From Trichinella spiralis (taxonomy: Eukaryota): a stretch of DNA of 39,228 nt. Each line of letters starts with the position of its first letter. The first letter of the stretch is position 1. Both the position numbers and the translations under genes were made by a program. The notes under the pieces are model-generated. The model had not been told where the DNA came from. It was given only the letters and a program-made list of their open reading frames with translations, and did no database searches. Positions 1-9,529 of the stretch are shown here, one piece after another. The stretch is from the NCBI RefSeq assembly GCF_000181795.1, contig NW_003526945.1, positions 3,295,513 to 3,334,740 on the forward strand, given 5' to 3'.

Positions 1-2790
1 ATACGACAGTTTTGAAAATGTATCCGCGGTCGAATTGTATCCTGTTCCTGTTTTGAATTTGAATTATGAAGAAGAAATGGGCTATCCGAACAAAATTGGT
101 ACGCAAAATTGAGTTTAAATTTCTTAAAGATAAAGATTTGTCGCTTTTAAAAACAGCTAACGCTCCGTGGCTTTGGCATTTGAATCGGCGAATATGGCTT
201 ATCGACATGAGCAGTACGAAAGAATCATCAGTTGAAGAAAATAGATTAGTTCGATATGCGAAAAGAATTTCAATCCAGTAAATCAAAATTGACGCTCATT
301 TTAATCCACACATCTTGTCTGATTCGCGCATCTTCCAGAACAACGGTCCAGCTATACAATGATGGAAAAATTGTTCCTCCTCTATTTACAATCGAATATT
401 CATCAATTTCTCTGGAAAGCTTAAAAAATGGAAAAACAATGCCAGTAAGTTAAAATATCTTTTGTTACAATATCAAAATTATTATCTTTTATTACGTGAA
501 TTTTTCTATTTACAGTACTACCTTTTTAAATGGCCGTAGCGGTGCATGACATGACAAATTTAATTAAACAAAAACAATTATATTTTTTGCATAAATAAAA
601 CCAAAATTTTCGTAAAATTAATTTTAATTTATCAATAGACAAAAAACAAAAGAAAATATTTTGTAAAAAATTAATATTTTCAGATCACTTTCGAAGTAGT
701 GTACGTCGATTCCGAGGACAATTTGTCATTTTTTTTGAAAATTACTCTAACCGTATCGGTGGTATTGTGCGTAGTGCTGGCAATTTTTCGTTCCTGGACT
801 TGGGCAAAACAGACGGGCAAGAGAGTTTTAGATTTCGCGGTAATTCAAACAGTCGACAGTGAATTTTTCCCCATTTTTTTAAAATGAAAATTATTACTTT
901 CAGGCATTGATAAAATTTATTGTTGCTTTTTGTTCGTTTGCGTCGACAATTGTGTATTGCATAATTGCGGTTGCTTCGTTTTACACTTTGATGATTCACA
1001 AGGTAAAATAAAATTAAAAAAATACCGTTTGGTTTGTATTGTTGTCTGATTATTTGAGTGGACGTTGATTTCAGAGCAAACGGCATCCTCACGTTTTGAT
1101 GCCTTCGTTTGAAGGAGAAAAATTGTGGATTTTGATTCTTATTGTCGCATTCGCTTTTAAAGTAAGTATTTTCAAATTTTGTCCAACCGCTTTGAATATT
1201 TACAATTTTGTCCAGGTAGTGGATATGGTTCTGTTTTACATTGAACAAATTACATCTGAAGTTTTCTTCATCGACTGGGAAAAGCCTCGACCAGCTGGTT
1301 CCCGTAAAAAGGAAGCTTCATCGTCGGCCAGTATGATCAGTTCTAGTGCTTCGACAGTGTCCATTTGGCGGTTGGTTATTATTGCAAACGAATGGAATGA
1401 AATTCAAACTTATCGTAAAAGTTCTCACAGTTTTCAGTTGATTGTTGTACTATTTTTTCTGAAAGTAACTGAATTTTTTTTTCAACATTATTATGAATTA
1501 TTATTAAATTTATTGATTAGGTTTTACATTTTGAATCGTTAGCATCGGTGGAACCTGGATTTCAACTTGAACAAATTAGCAATGAATCATGCGACACTAG
1601 CCTTTCTCGTCTTGCGATAGTTGGTTCGTTGTACTTTATCGTATGGTCAGTTCAAGTAAGATTTCAAATTCGAATGTAATCTGTTCGAATTTTATTGTTT
1701 AGACTTGTATTTTCAGTGTATTTTCCACGTATTGATCACAGAACAATGTTTTTGGAATCAATTTCGTTATTTTATCGATTTATGCTCTGTTTGCAATGTA
1801 ATTTACTTTTTTTAAAAAATATACAAATATCTATATATTTGAGTAATGTTTTTTCTTCTCTAAATTTTAAGATTAGCGTTTTGGCACTGCGCTATCGTCT
1901 TTATGGATATTATTTGCACGGTAGATCGGTTCATGGATTTGCCGAAGCGGATATGGATGAAATTCACGAAATGCTCAGACGTGAAAAGGTAGGTGACAAG
2001 ATTTGATTGATCAATTGGAAATTTGATTGGATGGATTGATGGAATTCAGGAAAATCTATGCGAACAACGTGGTCTGGAACCGAACAGTAAAAATCAAATA
2101 TTTACCGTCTGTTTGCAGTCCCAATTTCGTAAACAATACGACGATATATTCGACGTATTGGTGGTAAATAATTGACAAGTTGAAAAAAAAATCTATTCAT
2201 CGAATTATTTTCAGACAGCGGTTAAAACGAAACGTATGCACAATGGAAAATCGTTGTCGACAATTGAAGACGAACAACGTGTCAAAGCGTTTTACACGAT
2301 GAACAAATTTTTGACCAACTTTATCGATCACGTGAGTTGTTTGTTGTTGGGATAAAAAAAAATTCGTTTTAATTTTTGATTCCAGTGCATTGCCGATTTG
2401 CCATATTTGATAAAAGACAAACTATTTACCGAAGCGTTGCTCAACTGCGAATTTCAAGACACGTCGAATTGCAGTATATTTTACAGGGGTAAAAAAACTT
2501 TTTTTCCCTCATTTCTCACCGACTATTCCAATTTGAGAAGTGATAAATTGAACAATTTTACAGATCCATCTGAAATTGCATTTTCCAGTTTATTTTTTTA
2601 CGGCAATGAAGCAAAATTGATGCTTTTCGACTTGATGCTTTTCACTTTTGTCGATATGATTGCGAAAGATTACACAATTGCCGCCTTTGTCGCGTATATT
2701 GTAACGAAAAGTTTGAAAATTGTTCGAAAAAGTGGCGGCAGGAAAAACATCGCTCGGACAAGTTTGGTGGACGAACGATTTCTCATTTGA
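1..2790 (+). CDS. TMEM67: Meckelin (TMEM67/MKS-3) ciliary transition-zone membrane protein; 5'-truncated by the window edge; 14 exons visible
   Basis: Phase-consistent GT-AG exons: 1-98, 157-277, 339-444, 684-839, 904-1002, 1075-1161, 1216-1464, 1521-1655, 1717-1797, 1872-1988, 2050-2163, 2215-2331, 2386-2488, 2564-2790. Meckelin signatures recognised: LYPVPVLNLN, FFIDWEKPR, SIWR..IANEWNEIQ, FIDLCSVCNISV, YGYYLHGRSVHG, FYGNE..L.LFD and the C-terminus LVDERFLI*. Confidence 0.93.
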
Positions 2791-2868
2791 TTCTTCTCAT
2801 TATCAGCAGCGAACAGTTGAAATTGTTCAAATCATACACTACTGTCACATTATTGACAAACAGGTACA

Positions 2869-2901
2869 AATAAAGAAAAAGTGCTCGTCCTAGTTTTTAT
2901 T
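2869..2901. terminator. Opposed polyadenylation signals of the convergent meckelin and fucosyltransferase genes
   Basis: AATAAA on + at 2869-2874 and AATAAA on - (tttatt) at 2896-2901, inside the 138-nt gap between the two stop codons. Confidence 0.6.
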
Positions 2902-2928
2902 ACTGTAAATTTTGTCCGAGACAACAGT

Positions 2929-4199
2929 TCAAACAAAACGTGATGCGAAATCGTATTGACAGTCGTTTTCATCGTTCCACCACTGGTAAAAGTTGTTGTT
3001 GTTGTTGTTGTCGAAATCACGTCCACTTGTTCTTCTGTCCTTCTTCTCTTCTTCTTCTTTGATGGCCAAACACAAATTGCACACGCAAGAAGGGACCAAT
3101 TCGACCCTGGACGACCGAGTCCATTGGTGGTATTTTTCGTATTGGCGTGGATTGGTATGCAAAAAGTTCAAATAGTCGGCCAATTGTTGGGCCGAGTGGA
3201 AATCGTCGACGGCGATAAAACTGTGTTCCGGAGCGATCGGCTCGTAGTCGGCTCGACGCAACACGACCGGCACTGAACCGTCGATCAACGCTTCGAAAAA
3301 CCGTTCGGTCATGTAGTGACGGCATACGGTATTTTCGAACACGATTCGAAATTTGTACAATTTTGCCAACGACCGTTGCTGGTCGTGGTCGAACGCTTCT
3401 CTAGTCAGGGGCAGTGTTCCACAGGCGCCGTACGTGTCGATGGGAATGTAGCGGGCTAATCGTTCAACAAGCCACTCTCTGCCCGAATGAGTGGAACATT
3501 TGGACGCGATCCAAAAAGCGAGTCTCGTACGATTGTTCGGCTGTTGTTCACGACGAGTCGACGATTCTTCTCCACTACTTTCACTTTTCTTCTTCTTCTT
3601 CTTTACCACCATGCCGTACGGACAGTGGAACCAAGATATTGGCATGTAAGTTACGGAATGGTCGAAAAAATTTCCCACGCCCAACGTGGGGGCGAACAAC
3701 TGGGGCGGTGCTTCGCGACTGTAAAATATGAAAATTTGATCGGGCCGTTTGGGAAGAAAAATGCTGCTCAATTGGACGTCGCGCAGTTCGAAAATTACCG
3801 CCGAACTCACCGACAACAGTCGCTTGTCGTTCGAAGCGATACAGTCGTAATTGAAACTACAATTTTGCCGGCCACCACCGGCCGGGAACCTCAATTCTGG
3901 CTGACCAACGGAAATGAACAACAGAACAATCCGTTTATCCAGTTGTTTTTTTTCTTTTTCCTGTTCTTCTTCTACTACTTCACCATCGTCGAAATTCAAT
4001 TTCGATTCGCCGGCAAATTCTCCACCGTCTAGAAATTCACTTTGCAAATCGGATACAACAACAAAAAAATCCAATTTCCATTTTTCCACATACCTCGGAT
4101 GGTGACAAAAATTACCGTCGCGAGCAACAAAATTGCCAAAGTGAATATTTTCAACGGTACATGCAATCGTCCGTAACAACAATAATAATTATAATCCAT
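2929..4199 (-). CDS. Glycosyltransferase family 10 alpha-1,3-fucosyltransferase; type II Golgi membrane protein of about 401 aa; 2 exons (4199-4094, 4028-2929)
   Basis: Contains the alpha-1,3-FucT motif YKFRIVFENTVCRHYMTERFFEAL..GSVPVV, plus FWIASKC, IDTYGACG and SFIAVDDF.SAQQLADYL. The supplied ORF start (4182, TTG) is probably wrong. Removing a 65-nt GTATGT...TTTCTAG intron (4093-4029) joins ATG 4199 (MDYNYYCCYGRLHVPLK) and a signal anchor (IFTLAILLLATVIFVTI) in frame. Confidence 0.9.
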
Positions 4200-4527
4200 A
4201 ACCAATAAAAATTACCAACTGCACATTTGGACGATGCACGAGCTGGCTGGTAGCCTTCACAAATGTCAGGTCACGTACGGTGCTTCGGGACGTGATGATC
4301 AAACTTGTTTTCTTATCATCCAACTACTACTACTACAATATTCATATTCGAACGATATACAGTACTCTCGTGTACGATATATATTATAACGTTATACACA
4401 GAGAGACTTGTTGTTGTTGGTGGTGAAAAATGCAACAACATTTCAACGATACAAATTTTTATTATTTATTTATAAAAATCAACTAATTTTGAATATATCT
4501 TTTTATATTAACTTGTTTTTTCTTTGG

Positions 4528-6920
4528 TCAACTTTCTGACAACGGTACAATTCGCCTGGCAACTCCTTTCAGCACTTCTGACGAAGCGTCGTTGATCTGA
4601 AATTATTATTATTATTAACATTTTCAAATGATCATTAAATCAGTACAAATTTGACAAAAAATACATCAACGTCAACGAAATCACCAATTTGAATGTTTCG
4701 CTGATGAATCGAAGACGACGACGACGACGAATCGAAACAATTCACCACTGAACTTTTGGGAAAAATGATTTTCAAATTTCCATCCGATCGTCCCATCCAA
4801 AATTCTGTCGAACGTTTGCTTTCCTAGGAGGGAAATTTGAAAAGAAAAAATCGTTCAAATTAAATCATTTTCAAATCGAAAATAAACAAACTTTTTCAAC
4901 AAGTACTGTCAACGTTTTTCCGATGAATTTTCTGTTCAAAATCAATGCCCCTTTACGAAATTCATTTTGCAACTGTTGCGAACGAGCTTTTTTCACATCA
5001 ATCGGTACGTCATCGCAATAACGACGATGCGCTTTGGTTCTCTACAATTTTTTATTGATTGTTTTCTTCAAATCATTTCAACAACAACAACAATCAAACC
5101 TCACGCATACTGTATACAAATGTATAACAGTACGAATATTGGACATTTTTGATGAGTTGTACAGTTTGTTCGTGATCTTCATCGGTTTCACCACAAAATC
5201 CCGATATGAAATCACTGGTCAACGTTACACCTGATATTGGAAGAGGAATAAATTTGAAATTATAATTTAAAAAAAGAAAAACAACGAAATTTCTCTACCT
5301 GGAATTTTGTCTTTTATTTTCTCGACCAAATTCATGTACGCTTCTACAGTATAGCCGCGGTGCATTCTTTGCAACACATTGTTGCTTCCACTTTGGGCTG
5401 GCAAATGAACACTGTTGCAAATGTTCGGATGATTTCGAATCACGTCCAATACCTGGATTATAAAATTCAAATTAAAAAAATAAACTAATAATTCATCCGA
5501 AAAACAAATACTTCGTCCGGAAAATCTTTCGGATGCGGAGATGTGAAACGTATTCGAACGTTGCTGTTGATGTTGGAAAGTCGTTGAAGAAGTTCGGCAA
5601 AACGAATTCCACACTTTTTCCGCTTCACCACATTCACAAATCCGCTCGCCAAATACAACTGTCCATCAACAATTGTCGAACTTGGATCAGCATCACAATA
5701 GCTGTTCACGTTTTGTCCGAGCAAAGTGACCTCTTTCACCCCCTGAACAAATCAAAATGAAAAAAAAAAATTATCATAATTCAAATTGGTCGCTTATTTT
5801 TGATCACTTAATTCTTCGCACAATTGTCGAAATTCATTTTCAATCGATTTCACTGGGCGACTTTTTTCAAAGCCTCGTGTAAATGGAACAACACAATAGC
5901 TGCACATGTTGCTACAACCTCGCATGATTGACCTTATAACAAACAAACAAACAAACAAACTAAAGCCTAAGACACCAGCATGTAATACACAAATTTACAA
6001 ATAAGCAAACTGTGAACTTGAATCTCGACGAACGGGATGAATGTCCGCGTAAGTTTCATCGTAAGAAAAGATTGTGTTCACTAAACCGATATCATAAATC
6101 AATTTTAATTTATTAATTCAATATAAAATCAAATCAAATCCAATTACCCGCTTGTTGACCAGTTTCACAGGATGCTATGAGACGTGGAAGATCACGATAT
6201 GCATCAGGACCGGCGATCAAATCGACCAAACCGACTTCACTTCCAGACGGGTGTGCACTTCGTTTTGCCATACATCCTTGTGGATAATTTTTTTCACTGA
6301 GAAAATGAACATGCTTTCGCATCAATTACCCAATATTCCAATATACGGACTGCAATATTTCACTCCTTTCACGGATTGAAGTTCTTTTCTGAGCTGTTTC
6401 ACACGCTTCCAAATTTTCTCCTCTGCACTTTGACGAATAGCGCATGTCATCAGTAGAACAACATCAGCCTAAAATATTTTTTAAGAAAAAGCAAGCATAA
6501 CAAAAAAAACAAACCTATTACCTCTTTTGCATTATCGGTTTCTTCAAAAGATGCCTTCGTCAAAATAGCACGAACAATTTCGACATCATTAAAATTCATC
6601 TGACATCCATAAGTTTCGAAATAGACTAAAACCAATTTCTTCATCAATTTCATCAAAATCCAAATCGAAATCAACAACAGTTCAATCAATCAACAAAACA
6701 ATAATCCAATACCTTTCTTGCCTTTCCCTGAAAATGCATTGTCATTTTCTATGTAAGGGATTTTTCTGCAATCGTCATTCAACCCATCCGCTAGCGAACC
6801 ATATCTGCAGTGTTGTGCAACGTTATGCAAATTGGGAATGCAAAATTTCGCATATCGAAAAGTCGCTACAGCGCATCGTTTCAAGCACAAATGATGATAA
6901 AATCGGTTCACTGAATGCAT
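4528..6920 (-). CDS. CDK5RAP1: CDK5RAP1 / MiaB-family mitochondrial tRNA methylthiotransferase, about 558 aa, 12 exons
   Basis: Exons: 6920-6713, 6625-6522, 6468-6330, 6276-6148, 6080-5999, 5932-5812, 5742-5512, 5452-5299, 5230-5100, 5041-4892, 4823-4665, 4596-4528. N-terminal cluster cysteines: [18 protein letters not shown]. Radical-SAM motif: [19 protein letters not shown]. Also [44 protein letters not shown] and a C-terminal TRAM-like segment. The Arg-rich, acid-free N-terminus fits a mitochondrial presequence. One donor is non-canonical (see findings). Confidence 0.95.
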
Positions 6921-6985
6921 CACTCTTTTTTTCCAATTTTCAAATGATCAAACAATAAAAATTAGCTCTATAGTATAAATGTAAA

Positions 6986-6992
6986 CTGAAAA
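6986..6992 (-). promoter_or_regulatory. Candidate trans-splice (or 5'-UTR intron) acceptor TTTTCAG upstream of CDK5RAP1
   Basis: A perfect nematode acceptor consensus 65 nt upstream of ATG 6920, preceded by U-rich sequence. Confidence 0.4.
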
Positions 6993-7446
6993 CACTACAA
7001 AAGAATAATTAAGTATTATTTTTTTCGATATAATTTTTTTGCTTATTTAGTGTGTAAAAATTGATTGAATTCTTTTATAATTAAAAAACAAACATTATAA
7101 AAACGTAATATGAATATTTACTTTTATATTTCACTGGGAAAACATGCATATCACAGTGCAATAATTGATCAAGTATCACAGTTCCACAATGGTGTTTAGT
7201 TTTTATGATAAATCAGTTTGTCATTTAATATTTTAAAGTTCAATTCAACAAATTGCAATCTTTTCAAATTTGCTGATTGTACCGCAAATTATGCAAACGG
7301 ACTTAAATGTCACATTTTACTTTTCATTTCAAATATTAATCAATCACAATTGACATTTTCAAGTTGTATTTTATTCAAGATTCAATTTGAAAAAAAATTT
7401 AATCAAAAATTTTAAAAAATGAGCACGATATTCACTGATTTATGTA

Positions 7447-9529
7447 TCACATGTCCACTGGTATTCCTATAAAATTCAAAATTTCCGGCAATTTGTTTAC
7501 GTAGTCGGAATGACTTTTCACCTAAAGTAAAAAAAAATTACTAATTTAAATTTTTCCAAACGCTTCAAATTATCCCGTACAATCAGTGATAAATCTTTGT
7601 TCTGAATTCTTGGGCTGACATTTTCGATTGGTTCAAGACCAGCAACGGAATACTGAAGATTCATTGTTCGATATAAAAATTTCAAAAGCCAATCCGATCT
7701 GAAAAGTATATTATGCAAAATTTTTCTTTTATTTCACTGTTCAATCGAATTACCGACAATAGCCGTTGATGATATAGCCGCCGACAACTTGAGAAATTTT
7801 CTTCCATTCACACGGCGAACATCCCACCGGCGTACCGAGTAAAATTACATTTTGTACAATGCCGGCAAAATTGCCACTCTTCTCCATGAATAAAAGGCAA
7901 TGATAGATTACCCTAGCGCCGAGGCTAAATCCAAGCAAAGTGACCGGTCTGTGACCGTGTTGCCGGGATAATAACATTTGCGAGAGCTGTTCTCCGACCT
8001 CTTGTGAACGCCGTATGCAAACATTCCACGGATTATCAATTACACTGGCCACGCCCAACAAACCCACAGGCCAAGCAACAGCGGACATGACACCTGAAAC
8101 AGCAGAATTATTCGTTTAAACAGAAAAAAAATGCTGCCACTGTACCCGCGAGTGCAGTTTCCATCAAACTGTGCTGAATAGCGCAAGACAACGCAACGGA
8201 AAAGATGTAATCGATCGCTTTGCCAAATTCTAATAAATATTTGCTTTCATATCGCAAACAATACTGCTCATTGCTGGCATTCAAGCACCGCCAGGGTGTT
8301 TTGAAACTGTCCAAATGGTCTTCCGTGATCCACCCGGACACGGCCAATGCGATGTGCAGACTGCGACGTCGGTAATGCAATATTTCAATGGTGAACTCTT
8401 CCAACGCGCCGAATCGCCTTTTCAACTTGTATCCCGTCCATCCGGCACCGGCAACACCGAAAATACTGCCAATCACGGCCGCACCCGCCGTGGTGGCAAG
8501 ACCCAAAGTGGCCGCAGAGCCAGACAAGGTAGCCAAACCAATAGCTAACAGCGGAGTAGCTAAACCGCCGGTTAATCCTGAAACAAACAAACAAACAAAC
8601 AAACAAAATCGTGAAATTGGTGTACAATTGAATTTACCGACTAGAGTTCCACCTACGACACCACCAAAGCCGATCATCAAGGCTCGTTTCCATTTTTTGC
8701 TTTTCTCCGTGAATTCAGCTTTGCTTGAAGTTGATCTGAATGAAAAATTTCCCTCGTGAAAACACTTCAACGAACACGATTCGATGCTTACGAATTGTTG
8801 TTGCCGGCTTGTTTGGAAGAATTAATCTCCAACGTGCAAATCAAAGCATTTTCACATTCGTTGAAAATTTCCATCGTTATTCCAAGCATATCAGCTGCTA
8901 GTATCAAAAGATGCCGCAAGCGTGAATCATAGTTGCCTGAAATTCGCATCCAATCAAAGAAGCTGTTTATCAATTTGCCAAGTGAATTAATTTCATTTTT
9001 ACCGTTGTGGATGAACAAAATTAAAATATCAAAAAGAACAAGTGAAATATCATTGTCGGACCAGAATTGATCTTCTTTTATTGCTGAAGCAAATTGTTCA
9101 GCTTTTGACAAATCTACTCTGTCGTACATTGCTTTCATTTCGGCATTTATTTCTTCAGGCAATTCCATATGAGCAAATATATTTTCGAAAGTATTCTGAG
9201 AAAATTCCCTACAAATATTGCAATGTTTTTTCTTCAATTTGATTCATTGATTAATTAAAATGTGTTCAGTGAGTTTGGATTTAATAGAAATAAAATTGAT
9301 CGAGCAATCAGACATTATCATTAGCTATTCATTAGAATATATTTCGTTTGATAAGAAATACAATTGAACAAAATCATGCTTACTGATTGCAAGGTTCAAA
9401 AAAATGAGTATGCAATAAATTGGCAAACATGTTGCATATGGATAACTTTGTGTTCGTGTTCAGACAATGCGGTGAAGTCGACAATAATGAAGGCGATGAA
9501 TCGGTTGATTCATTGACGCTATTATTCAT
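7447..9529 (-). CDS. TMCO4: TMCO4 / DUF726 family alpha/beta-hydrolase-like membrane-associated protein, about 519 aa, 8 exons
   Basis: Exons 9529-9384, 9208-9003, 8936-8792, 8735-8638, 8577-8146, 8093-7754, 7698-7581 and 7521-7447 are all GT-AG and in phase. Family motifs: GNYDSRLR, KWKRALMIG.GGVVGG.LVGLTGGLA.P, WP..LL..ASVIDNPW, G.RPVTLLGFSLGARVIY.CL (GxSxG), SDWLLKFLYR, V.SH.DY. Confidence 0.92.

Noticed and set aside
2956..4105. Plus-strand ORFs up to 181 aa overlapping the fucosyltransferase
   Set aside because: Antisense shadows of a GC-richer coding exon, with no motifs or splice support.
4094..4182. N-terminus MLLRTIACTVEN of the 417-aa ORF
   Set aside because: It starts at TTG and has no membrane anchor. 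The spliced model from ATG 4199 gives a proper type II anchor in another frame.
8315..8759. Plus-strand Pro/Ala-rich ORFs
   Set aside because: Antisense shadow of the Gly/Ala-rich TMCO4 exon.
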